Both the position numbers and the translations under genes were made by a program. Positions 1 through 11,600 of a stretch of DNA of 64,000 nt are shown here, piece by piece. Location: NCBI GenBank assembly GCA_036172245.1, contig JAYWIR010000001.1, positions 10,540,001 through 10,604,000 of the forward strand, read 5' to 3'. This DNA comes from Raillietiella orientalis. Its lineage: Eukaryota. The notes under the pieces were generated by a model. That model worked only from the letters and a program-made list of their open reading frames with translations, was not told the origin of the DNA and made no database searches. How positions within the stretch are numbered: the stretch's first letter is position 1; each line of letters begins with the position of its first letter.

Positions 1-619
1 CGTTCATCTCCCAGGATCACCTGGGAGACCCCGTTCCTCTCCCAGGAGGCAGGCATGGGCTGCATGTAGGGACGCAAGAGACCTCTCTACCCATGCTGTT
101 GGCTGGCTCCTTCCTGGCTCAAAGGCTCCAACTTCCCCTCTTGCCTTCCTAGGACGGATCTGCCCGTGTCGAGGTACCCTCCCCATATTGATGGGAGTGC
201 TCCTCGTCCCTGAGGTTGCGGAAATTGAATTCCGATCGGAAACTCGATTGGAAACGGAGACCCGATGCTCCAAGAGTTTCCTACCCGGAGTCACCTCCTC
301 CCCCCGGCAGACTTTATCGTGCTTTCGCCGTCTCATCAAAATTTGATGCGCCTCCCTCGAGAGGCCTTAAGGAGCAAGAAGCAACCGTGCAAGAAGAAAC
401 TTCCTTCCACATACATCCGTTGCTACACTCAACTGATTTATTTCCGTCGAGGAACTTCCACGCGAGGACGTCCGCGTCCACTGGAACTTTTTTGAGCACT
501 TTTGCAGAGTTTTCCTTTCTTTTCTAAAAGAAAAAAAAAAAGATCTCTGCCTGCTTCTGGATTGCTCTCCCGTGACGCAATTTAAAAAAATTAAAAGGAA
601 GAGAGTCCCCGTTTGACCC

Positions 620-1165
620 TTGGTTAACATCCCTTTCCGCTGCAGGGTTCAGGGAATGCCTTCACTTCCCCGCTCCACGTACGACGATGGTCTTCCTCCG
701 TACTTCGAAGGATGCCCAGCTTGTTCTCCCCATATGGAAAAAAGGCCACTGCAGATCCCTCCCGCGTTGCCTGCGAAATCCGACTTCAGGCTTCCGCCAT
801 TCGTTCTTTGGACGCAAATTCACGGGGTGGTAGAGATCGCAATAACGACGTGCTTCTTCCAGAGAGAGGAAAACACTGTGCCCCTTGCAGGGCATGGACG
901 ACATCGGAATCCTGGAGACCTGGAGTTCATAAAGGGAGATCCTGGAATCTGAACAGGATTCCACCTGCGAATGGGAGCGCTCCTACCCCTCCCTCGTGAT
1001 TGATAATGTGGTTTCCTTTGCCCAGTATCCTCTTTCCAGCTAACTCTCTGTCCAGGTCCAAAACGTTCCAGCTCTTTCGAGCAGAATCAGGAAAATAAGG
1101 GATGCTGGTTGTACCTAATGCTTCCCGCTGTCTGACTGCTCCGGATAGCTCTGGGTAGTTCGCTT
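620..1165 (-). mobile_element. Possible LINE reverse-transcriptase relic
   Basis: Minus-strand fragments LERFGPGQRVSW, then a frameshifted QG-SP-like segment (~930-945), then RYCDLY follow the order of the RT motifs (FGFG..W, QGxPLSP, YADD). Heavily degenerate. Confidence 0.35.
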
Positions 1166-1709
1166 CTTTTTTTCATTTTTGGTTCCCCATGTGCTCAAGA
1201 TCTGTTCGCCTAGAGGCTCATGAAGTTCTTTGATGCTGAGCACGACGCCCAAGGATGCATGTAGCTCCTCAGTTTAGGTGGTTACCCGGGAGGGGATCGT
1301 CCTATGAAACCAGGCAGATTCCGGAAAAAGGAGACCGTTCCTCTCATTCCTGGGAGAAAACCTCGAAGGGAACCTCTTCATCATTTGCTCCCTAGAGGTG
1401 GTCACTCCATTATTTCTTCTCCTGAGGGAACCCGCAAAAGAGTCTCTCCTGGTTTCCTCCTCTGAAGAGAACTCCGAAGGGACGCTTGCCAATTTTCACT
1501 GAAACGCACTTCTTGGAGAGGTATGAATCCATCAGCTCCATGGTACGAAATGGAGGGGGTCTCCCCCGAGAGGAGGGAAGGCTCCATCTTCCCCATCGCA
1601 GGGGAACCCCGTAGACTCCTTTGTTCCTGAAAGGACCCCGGGGGGTTAACTTTCATCCCGGCCAGTCAACGGGGGCATCCGGTTTCCGTCTTCCACCAGT
1701 ATCACGCCC
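1165..1709 (-). mobile_element. tRNA-headed SINE-like repeat, 3' body (interrupted by LINE copy A; 5' part at 2699-2790)
   Basis: Shares family blocks (GTTCGCCTAGRGGCT, CCTATGAA.CCAGG, CTCCATGGTACGAAATGGAGGGGGTCTCCCCCGAG) with 15470-16140, 33380-34120 and 63400-64000. Confidence 0.75.
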
Positions 1710-2698
1710 TTCTTGTCTGCACTTGCACGTGTTCTCGTCCTCCTAAAGAGTGCGTGGGCAAGCAGAACTGGGAGAGTGCGGAGACAAGGGACTTGTCTCC
1801 GCACTCTCCCCCTTGAGAGAACATATGGGCAGCAGCCTTGCGGCTACATGGGAGGTTACTGTGGAAATCTCCGGAAGGATCAAAGGACTGTGTGAGTGGA
1901 CGACGGGCCAGCTCACCGATCCTGTGACCCCGAGTGTTCGACCTCGTGGACTCTTGCTGGGTATTCCTGAGGAAGATCTGCAGTGACTTCAAGTTCTTCT
2001 GAATCGACGCATCCTCCCCTTAAAGTGGCAGGAGTTGGAATTGATGCTGCTGCACAGGGGCTTCGCGTGCAACGCCTTCCAGCATTAGTAGACACGGAAG
2101 GAAGGGATGAAACGAAACTGTGCAATGTGCGGGGAACGGGAATCCCTCCTGCACCTCCTGGTGGACTGTGTTGCCCACCAACCCCATTGGAAACGCTTTG
2201 CCGCGACCATTGGAAACCCCGGCAGCAACGCCAGAGACGTTCTTAAGCGCCTCTTCCAGCGCGATGCCTAGGCCGGTCACATCCCTAGCGCTGCCCACGT
2301 GGCGGGATTATGGCTGCATGGAGCAACGCCATAGGAGTCCAGAACTACAGCGACGCCATCTATTCTGCTGTCCTCTTCATGAGGATAACGCCAAAACGGC
2401 CCCACCTGGGAGTTTTGAAACGGGAACTTGCCGGCACCCTTACAAGGATGCAGAGGACGCCCTCTAGCACGCAGTGATCCCCTCCCGAACCTCCCAGTTT
2501 TTTGACTGCATTTTTCGTTTTGTTTTTTTCTTTTTGTTTGTCTCCTCTTCCCCTGTGCTGTCGAGGCGAACCCCGCTGGCCTGCGCGCCAGATCCCGGCA
2601 GGTTCCTTTTCGCATTCATAAGTAACGTGGCAGGATCAAACATCCTGCCACAGATGTGTAGGTTTTCTAAATGAACGCCCTGGCATGACCGGGTGTCA
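1710..2698 (+). mobile_element. 5'-truncated L1/Tx1-like non-LTR retrotransposon, copy A (ORF2 C-terminus + 3' UTR)
   Basis: From 2119 the frame reads CAMCGERESLLHLLVDCVAHQPHW, a CCHC zinc knuckle typical of LINE ORF2 C-termini, preceded by LMLLHRGFACN. It is clearly homologous, inverted, to 31378-32064. Confidence 0.8.
1770..1810. repeat. Perfect 19-bp inverted repeat with 3-nt loop
   Basis: GGGAGAGTGCGGAGACAAG-GGA-CTTGTCTCCGCACTCTCCC. Confidence 0.95.
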
Positions 2699-2790
2699 AC
2701 CACTGCCGCACCCGTATAGGTCAACCAGCGTCATCTTGCGTGGAGAACTCGAAATATACGACGCACCCCCCATTTATCGGAGCCGATCCT
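2699..2790 (-). mobile_element. SINE-like repeat, 5' part continuing after LINE copy A
   Basis: TGCCGCACCCG...AACCAGCGTCATCTTGCG...GAACTCGAAA...CGACGCACCC is the segment that directly follows CCACCAGT in uninterrupted copies (e.g. ~15980-16060). Confidence 0.75.
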
Positions 2791-2989
2791 TTATTTTCAC
2801 AGGGTCACGCTGGGAAGTCGATTGTAAAAAATTAAAAAAAACAACAGTTAATGTATTACTTGGAATATGAAAACGTTTTTCTTTGTGGTTGTCTCACATC
2901 ATCACTAAGAAGGGAAATGCCTTGGAGGTACTGCTTCTCATGAGCAACTCCTCCGATGAGGTCTGCATAGGAGAGCTGAGGGAAGGGTT

Positions 2990-3013
2990 AAAAAAAAAAA
3001 AAAAAAAAAAAAA
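2990..3013. repeat. Poly(A) tract (24 nt)
   Basis: Direct read. Confidence 0.9.
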
Positions 3014-4059
3014 CCAAAAGCTCAGTTTTAAAAAATGTTATGGGGCGAGGAAGGAATCACAGAATTTCTTCCTGTCATCCTCAGCATCCTCTTCAGACTG
3101 GTAGCTTCCTCCTTTTGTTAACAGAGATGAGGCCATCTAGTCGCCTTCCTCATGAAGGAGCAAGAGATTGGGATGACCTCACCGTTCGACTGGCCTCTTT
3201 CGGCGAGGCTTTTTGCCGCCACGATCCCACAAAGACAGCACTTTGATCTTAGCCAAAAGGCAGAGACAGCACAGAGCTGCAAGGGAAGCTGCAGGCGACA
3301 TCAAGTCGCGCGCGAAGAGGCACCGCAAGACCTCTCTGCCATTTCCATCGGGGATGGTAGGGCCTCAGCAAAGCGTTTCCAGAAGAAGGGAACGTTTTTC
3401 GCGTTTTCAGAAGGGCAACACAATCCAACGGCAGGTGCGAGATGGTTTTCCGTTTCTCGCAAATGGGGCTACACTCCCTTTTGTCCAGTCGTGGACTCGT
3501 GCGTTTCATGGGATCGCCCAGTGCAACAACTGTAATGTCGAGTCCTGCTGCTTCAGGGGGAGCGTGGAGCTGTCCACAAGCACTGGGGGTATTTCTGTTT
3601 CTTCAGGAGGAATGTTCAAAAGTTCCATCCAGCAACGAATCCCTTTGGAGAGGGTGGCAAGGTACATGCGTTAGCAAGTTGACACGCCGTCCAGCATCTC
3701 AGCTGCTTCTTTTTTCATGTGGTCTCGCAGGGTACTTGCCATCCTTGAAGGCCATCTCCACGTCCAGTTTGCCGGATTGGGATGAGCGTGGCTACAAGTG
3801 GTGTGTTCGATACCCGAGTGATTTTCCTTGAGCAATCCATGACTTCCTACGACGAGCAGTGAGAGCAGTTCGAGAATCACAAGCATCGCGATGGCTCCTG
3901 GTTCATGCCGTTTCTTCCCGCCCACGCCTGAACCGTTTCCTGCTTCCAAGCACTACAGTTGAAGCGGCAGGGAAACAGCCTCCTCTCCTGAGCAGAGGCA
4001 ACCATCTGCCGGTGCTGGTACCCGCGTCGGAACAACTCTCGGTGGTTATACACGAGGAA

Positions 4060-4145
4060 GGCGCCGAGTCGCTCCTTTACGGGGATTCGAACCCGCAATG
4101 CTTCGTGTCACGCGCGCAGACCCCAGTCACATGGTCTCCAACGCG
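4060..4145 (-). mobile_element. Isolated tRNA-like head of the SINE family
   Basis: The reverse complement of 4083-4093 is GGTTCGAATCC (Pol III B-box), and the upstream sequence matches the head at ~34050-34120. Confidence 0.55.
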
Positions 4146-4929
4146 GGCGAAAGTTGGTTTCAGGAAGACATGCAGAGATAAACACGCTCGCCTTCAAGAG
4201 CTAGAAGACACACAGGGATACTTTCAGATACTTAGTGATTTGCGGAAGAGGCGAGAAAAAAAAAACATTGCAGTTACTGTGCTCTTGCTGATCCATCGGT
4301 TGTTGTTTTCTTCTCGACGCGAGAAGACGTACCAAAACGGGAAAGGGATCTTGAACTCTCGCCTTCTTCAGTTACAGATCCAGGGGCCCTTGGAAAGATC
4401 CCAAGCCCTGCAAATGGGCTCGGCTTACGAGCTTTCGATCGGTTTGTTTGCGCCACTCTGCTTCTTGATTTGAGGTTTCCGGTTTTATCGCCGCATCTTG
4501 AGAGGAGGGTAAATGCGCTCCTTGAGGCGAAGACGGGGTGCCAATACCGGCACATCGCTGAACTGAGGGAGATCTCCGTTGGGTGCCAATCCCCATCTTT
4601 CCAAGATCCTTTTCATCAGCTGGCCGCTGGCCGTCCAAAGACCATCGCCAAGCTGCTGGTCTTTGTTTTAAAAATTTGAGGAAAAACCGCTCTCTGGATT
4701 TCAGCTTTTATCTTTGCAATCTTCCGGCTTTCACTCCTTTTAATCAAAATTCTCCCTGCTCCTCCAGCTCCTGTAAGCATAATTTACTTTACATTCCTGA
4801 GTGGGAGTCAGGACTTATTCTTTGTGATACTTGATGTATTTCCCGGGACCATTAATTGCTATTCGTGCTATTTATTTCCTCCCTTTCATTTGCAAACCAT
4901 CTTCCTAATTAATCCCGAAACCGTTCCAG

Positions 4930-5590
4930 TCGCTATGGAGGCCGCGTGGCTGCGGTCTCCAAGTGTTGTGGTTTCGAATACCCGTAAAGGATCGACGTCA
5001 GCGAGATGGAGGTGAACCGCGCGTTTCGAGCTTCCCTCCGCAAGATGACGCTGGTCGGCCTACCTTCGGGTGCGGCACTGGTGGAAGCTGGAAAAAGACG
5101 GGAGCCTCCGATGAGTGGCTGGGATTGGAAGTCGACCCTCCGGAGTCCTTCCGGGAATTAAGGAGTCCTTCGGGCTTTCCATGCGGTTGCGCAAAGGAAA
5201 CCGTGTCCCCCTCCCTCTTATGGGAGGACCGCTCCATCGCGTTCCGTGAAGCTGGGAGATTGATGCACTCTCCAGAGTGTAAGAAGAGGAGAGCTGCATA
5301 CTTGTTCAGCGAAAATCTTGAAGCCTCCCTCCGGGGTTCTTTCCCAAGCGTGAGAGGAATGGGACTCTTTCCTCTCAGGAGCACTTTCCCGGATTCATAG
5401 GGTGTTTTCCTCCCGGGGTACCTCTTAACTTGAAGAGTCCATACGCACCCTCGCGTGGGGCGGGCAGCATTAAAGGACTTTGTGAGCTTAGGAGGCGAGC
5501 GACAGCCCTTGAGGTATTCAGCGAACCAAAAAAAAAGAAAACTGGAAGGAAAACAGCGAAAACAGGAAAGAACCCAGAAGGTCATCCAAA
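4930..5590 (+). mobile_element. SINE-like repeat, near full-length copy
   Basis: Degenerate B-box (GGTTTCGAATA), CAAGATGACGCTGGTCGGCC...GTGCGGCACTGGTGGAA core and the GCGAACCAAAAAAAAA A-rich 3' region. Confidence 0.75.
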
Positions 5591-6259
5591 GGTCGTTTTA
5601 ACTCACTGTTCCACCTTAGTAACTTGCAGCCGTGGCGCTCCATCAGTGGTCCGCAGGGCATCGGAAAGAAGCGATTCTCCAGATACTACTGATGCCGTCC
5701 ATCAATGGGCATGTCTTCCTCTCCGCGGTTCTTCGATGTCATTTTCTTGTCATTTTCTTCGATGTCATTCACTCATGCACTCTCTGTGCGAAAGAAGAAA
5801 CTGCACAAGTTATTGACCGACTTGTCGCCTCCCTCGGAGCAGAGAATTGGGATGGTGATCTCACCCGTTCGACTGACCCTCTTTTGGTGTGGCTTTTCAC
5901 CTCCATAATCCCATGAAAGCAGCACAACAGAGAGTGGTAAGGCGGGGGAAGAGGGGGGGGAAGGAATCGAAACTCACGAGGCTTGCAGTTGTCCCCCTTC
6001 GTGCATAGCAACAAAATCAGGCAGCTGAAGTAATGGTGTTCCTTCTAGTTGAGAGATGTCTTTGAATCTTTGCACTTTCAAAAGTGACCGTTCCAAAAAA
6101 AAAAGTGGTGCTCCGGATGAGTCCGATCGGTACGAAGATTCATTGCCTGGTAGCGCCGGGACGTTTCTTTCGATATAAATAAACACACAGTGACCTAATC
6201 TAGCAGATAGGGGAGCATATCACTGCAGTGACACAGGGGTCCCTATGGGAACAGGGAAG

Positions 6260-8650
6260 TTTTTCACCTGGCTCTCCAGGGCGTTTATTTAATAAAAAAG
6301 AAACCAGTCAAGAACTCGGTAACCAACCGAAGACAAAAGAACTTCAAGGGGAGAGTCCACCCACACACAGGGATCGTGACGTCTGAAAGTGGGAAACGGA
6401 AGGGAGGGGACAGTGGATTAAAGGCTCCATTAAATGGAGCCCAACTCTTTGATTTGTTCCGTTCCTTCTAGAGGAAAAAACATGGAAAAGGTGGGAGAAG
6501 ACAAAAAATAATTAAATGAATAAATAAGGGGAAAGTGGAGATAGGGCTTACCGATGTCGGCTGTTCCTTCTTTTCAGAACCAGCGCTGGATGCCGGAGAT
6601 CTCTGACTTCACTTCTTCCAGGTGAGTTCACCTAAGATACGTCCTCATAAAGGTTGGATGCCTCCCGGATCACCTCCCTTCTCTGCGGGCGTCGTCTTCT
6701 CGAGCACGTGGTGGGCCGTGACGATGTCGCGGATGCAACACGCCGTTGCCATCACTACACCATCCAAGTCCGAAGCGCGTACGAGAAACTACCTCAGCAG
6801 GTCACGGACGGTGCCGCTCTGGTAACGGACTGCCGAGGTCAGCCTTCGCCACAGTTCTTGGAGATCACCGCAGTTCAAACTCAAGTGCAGGATCGACTCC
6901 GCCGACTCGCCCTGACACGATTCGAGGATGCCGCCTCCCTGGGAAACTTCACTGGAATTCCTGGTGTAGAAACAACGTCACAGGAAACACGGAAGTGTTT
7001 AAACGCGAGGGAGGGACCTCAAATTCTTCGGACCCCTGAAGACTTGGGACCACTGAAGGAGTTTCCTCGGCTGGATACAGGGAGTGGCAGCATCCGCCAA
7101 GGAGTTTCGTCTTCCGAGCAATGGAGCAGGAAAACTCCCACCTCACCGGTAGGCTTCTGGCGTCACTTGCCCTGCAGGCAGAAAACGCTGTGGCAAGGAG
7201 TGTGGCTGCCATGGGTGGACCAATTTGCCTTGTTCTGTATCACCGCTCCTAACAGTTGGGGTAGGAAGTGGTTCAGGGGCAAAGTTCCTCTGGGAGCATT
7301 CCCTAGAATGCAGTCTCTTGCCACCAGGCATTGAAGTTCATTGGGCGGCAGGAGGTTCACGGTTGGGTTTCCAGTAGGAAAGAGGCGAGTTGCCTCAGAA
7401 AGAAGCCAAATCCCCGCATCCTGTACATCAAGGATAGTAGGCCTTCGCTGTCTGGACAGGGAAAGTAGGGTGAGGTAGGAAGAGGGAGAATTCACCGGGT
7501 TTATTGTTCTTGATGTTCTGGGGATGATCGCCTCCACTTATGTGAGGACTCTTGTCACCAGATGCTTCCATCTTCGCAGGTTACGAAGCAGCGTACCCTA
7601 TAAAACTGGAGAAGTCTCTTTGCGTTCTTCTGGAATTCTACAGAGTGCCTACCCACGGCGGGCTCACGCAAAAGCCATGGTTGCTATGCAGCTCCTTGGC
7701 TCTCACATCCAGAAGGGATAGACTGTGCGCCACATGATGCCACCCTTGTTGGAGGTACTGGCATTCCGTAGGAAGGTGGTGCGGAAGCTTTTTTCTTCCT
7801 CCACATCTCCTGCAGGGACAAGGGTAGCCTATTTTCCCCAGAGATATCTAGCTGAGATCATTCCTGGTCGAGGCCCAGTGTGTTATCAGGGCTAAAAGAT
7901 GATGCGCTCTCGAGAGGATGCGCGAGGTTCCCGAAAAATGTGCTAGATTTCCACCGTGCTCTCGGGAAGGCTCGGGTAAGTTCGGCTATCGGAAAGGGTG
8001 CCCGCCGTCTCAACCCTTAGACTTTGGAGAGGTATCTTCCTCTCAGCCGAGCATCAGATCATCTTCCATCGTGGAATTTGGTCTGCGTTGGGCCGTAGGA
8101 AAATGTGGCGGTCAGCTCGTGCAGCTCTTGCATTCCCACAACGTCCATCCTATTTTCCGCCGTCACTACAAAAAGGGCCCACCTGGATGAGACTGGAGTA
8201 GATCCACCAAATCTTCACATCCCATGGAAGAACTCCCTCTTGTGATCATATCAACTCCACCCTGTCGCACCATCTCTCTGGTAACTGCACTCTTTCTCCC
8301 TCTCTTCACTGCTTTTCGTGTTTCATCTTGAATAACACATCCAGTCTTTTAGAGGCAAAAGGAAACTTGGAGCGTATTGTTATCTTCCGGCACCCCGATT
8401 TTGCTCTTTGACCTTGCGATTCGTGAACCCGAACATATGCAAACTGCACAAAGGAAAATGACCTGTCTTTCCTTGCTCCGGAAACCAAAAGAAAGCGCAA
8501 CCTTTGTGTTGATGAGATGTCATGATGACCCTCTCCAGGTCACAGGTCGAACCCTTTACACCACTGGTTTCCACTAGCCAATGTCATTCTTTAGATAAGC
8601 TTCATTCATCGTGAGACCACGGTGCCAGTAGCAGTCCGCGCCGAAAGATC
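6260..8650 (-). mobile_element. Decayed LINE related to copies A/B
   Basis: The minus-strand 3' end TAAATAAACGCCCTGGAGAGCCAGGTG (~6265-6291) resembles the 3' ends of copies A/B. There is a frameshifted zinc-knuckle-like C..HCSEDETPWRML near 7090-7130, and many stops. The 5' boundary is uncertain. Confidence 0.5.
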
Positions 8651-9749
8651 CGCTCACCAGTGACTTGTTAGCATACAGGGATCAGAGTGAAAATTGGGAG
8701 CAGGTGTAAATTCGTTTCAGAATCTCGAGGCTCGATTCTGTCCCCGAAAACTCTGAAAGATGGAAGGGAACAGCTTCTATGTGCGTGGAACCTCAAGAGG
8801 TTCACACTATGTGGACGCAACCTCTCCGAGTCTTTGCATTCGCCGAAGTCTTCCGGACCCAGAAGAGCACCTCCGACACAAATTTGCCTTCTCATGAACC
8901 TGCCAACTTTCTGTTGGGTGAAATTTTTCCGCTCAAGTGGTCGTAGGGGGCGCCTAAGCAGAAAATCCTTTTTGCACACGGCACAGGAGGAAATATCTGT
9001 TCCTCCTCTTCATTTTGACTGTTTTTTTTGCTTTTTTCTTCGTATCATATGGGATGAAAGGCGAGTGTAGGGAAAGATTCAAAGCACGACTACGCTTTCT
9101 CTGTTGCTAGCATCTCTGCGCATTGATTCATCCAGGGGAAAGGAATGGTTTTAAACTGGGGATCGTGAGAAAAGCTTTCAAAAGTTAGGGAAATGAATTA
9201 ACACTAGAAGGCGTTGGTTTCCCTTCGCGACGAAGCACGGCAAACAAAAAAAGCCATGTGCAAGCATCCTGTGATCAAGAAATCGATCAAGAAATGATCC
9301 CCGGCAATTGTGCATCTTTTAGCATCGCAGTTGCGGTGATCGAAGGTTTGCATCGACACCGGAACTTTGCCTGTCAGATAGAAGAGTTCAACGGAGGGAA
9401 AACGAAGAACTCCAGAACTCTGAAGTTCCTCGCTTTCCCTCCGTCGAACGATTGTCCCTCTGGTCGTGCTGCCTTAGGTCATCAGTTCGGAAAATGCGCC
9501 CAAGGATCTTCCTTTAATGGAGGAAGAAATCACAAAAACAACCGGCGTGACTACTATAGCAAGGACTCAATCCCCTTAGCAACAGGATTTATGTTCTTAG
9601 TTGTTCCGGTGGAAAATGTACCGGATCGAAAGAAAAAGACCATTCCTCAGAAGATGTGAGCGTCAATTCGCCGACTCGGCTCCCATCATTCGAATAAAAG
9701 AGAGAGAGAGCCGAGGGGCCGCCCTTCTATTGTCCGCGGACTCCTAGAT

Positions 9750-11600
9750 CTCTCCAGAAAGCAAACAGAATGCTGAGCATCCGCCTCTTGGTCACCCACG
9801 ACGCAGACTTAAGGGGCGCACACCTCGCGAAAGGAAACGTGAAGAGGCGAGGTCGCCCTCCCTCGGTCTTCAAACTTTACTGCTGCTGAAACCTTCGACT
9901 CTTCGATTCAGGAAGCAGCTTCTTCCCCAGTGCCCCTTCAACATCACAGCCCGTTGTACCCTCGAAAGTCGGGCCTTACACAACTCGTCCCCGCACTTTC
10001 ATCAAGACTTGTAATCCTTTTCATTCCACTATCCAGCTTCTCTTGCTCCCCTCCTCTCCAATTTCACCCCCTCGAAATCCTTGCTTTCACTCTAATCCCG
10101 GTTTTTTCCTTCCGCCCTCTCCCCTTGTTTCCTGAGGGAAGTGCGCTCAACTCTTTTCACGGGATAGGAAATGCTTGCAGAGGACTCGAGGAATTCCAGA
10201 GAGCGCCTTCCGTGTCGGCTCAGAATCCCTAAGCGTTCGACACCTGCCCGCTTGCAAAAACTCTGACGAAGAGTCGCGGCCGAAGGTCATGCACCGGAGG
10301 AGCTCGCTAGGCGAGGCTCATCTGAGGAGCAGCGAAAATTCGCAACTTCTCATGGACTTCTCCCTTCCCGCACGATCTGCACGCTTGGCGGCAGTGCATT
10401 CGAGATCGAAGTTCCAGAACCTTCCCCTCGACCAGGAGCGGTACATCTTTGGCAAGAGCAATCAGCGCATGGCCAACACAAGTAAACCAGCACACCCTCT
10501 CACTTCTGGGTTCCAGTTTTCCTTTGGATGAACGCGGGAGCTGCGAAGACGGAAAGCGTCTTTCTGGAGCACTGCAGGGTGCGGACAGCGGCAGCAGAGG
10601 AGAAGAACGATAGGTTTCCCCGCGTCCGAGGAGGATCAGAAGGATGAGCGCTTAGCAGCCTTGCATCCTTTGCTTGCAGCGTTCATTCACGTAAGGGATA
10701 AACGGGTGTTTTTCTCAGACTCATGTCTTCATCCGTCTTTTAGAGGTCATCTTCCTGAATGCTCTTTGGGGAGTTGGGGAACGCAGAAGAAAATCATGCA
10801 ATCAGCACTTCCTTTCGAGCCGGGTACACATCCAGGCAGGAGGATTTCTTATGCAACTTGTGTGAAGACCCTCGTCCGTCCACCAACTTGAAACATAGGA
10901 GGCGGACGCAAGAGGAACTCACACGAAACTCGTCAGACAAGCGGAAACGGAGCTTTCCAGGGCCGCGATGGGTCTCGGAGAGCTTTCTCACGAAGCGAAG
11001 CAAGTCACCCAACAGCACTGTTGCAGACCTCACACTTTTTCACTCTGTCGAAGAGAGAAGATCAAAGAAGGTACTATTGATGGAACTCTCTCGAGTTCCT
11101 GGAAGAACTCACAGGCGTGCAAGGAAATCGGCTGTCTGGCTGAGCGGTGTGACTTGCGAGCTATGTTTGGTTGCCATTGGCTACCGGGACGCTGCCCCGG
11201 CACATGTCTGACAGCTCCTTTTCTCTTGGGTCCGAACCAGCATTAGTTGATTAACTGATTTAACACTGAAAAATGAAGCAAAAGTTCAAAGAAATTTGTT
11301 AGGTTTTCCGGGTTAGCGATCTTCAGCAATTATCTGGTGAGGTTGTTCTCGAGATGAATCTGAATGACTTGTCCCCAGATTGCATCGTTCATGTTACTTA
11401 GGAGGATATCCTGCTCTTTAACGTCTGAGAGACTATCAGAAAATGTCTTCGATGAATTTTTCCTGAAAATAGTGACTCATCGTGTGGCACTCGATGGTGC
11501 TGGCTGATGTTGCCTGCATCTGTTGATTGGTTCTTTGCAAGCAGCATGGGAGACACGGACTTTTGTTCCGGAAGATGCGCACACAAGGAGGCAGAATCTA
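9750..11600 (-). pseudogene. Possible decayed KDZ (Kyakuja-Dileera-Zisupton)-type transposase
   Basis: Minus-strand fragments occur in KDZ motif order: VCWFTCVGHALIALAKDV (~10440-10498), FWNFDLEC, LRIFAAP, DSEPT/EGALWNS..PL...REKS.AH (~10140-10230), with a Cys pair KCEVCNS upstream. Many frameshifts and stops. Confidence 0.4.

Noticed and set aside
4060-4145. Functional tRNA gene
   Set aside because: A B-box is present but I could not fold a convincing cloverleaf, and the sequence matches the SINE head.
6423-6441. Small palindrome GGCTCCATTAAATGGAGCC as a terminator
   Set aside because: Eukaryotic context, short, and within a LINE 3' UTR. No function can be supported.
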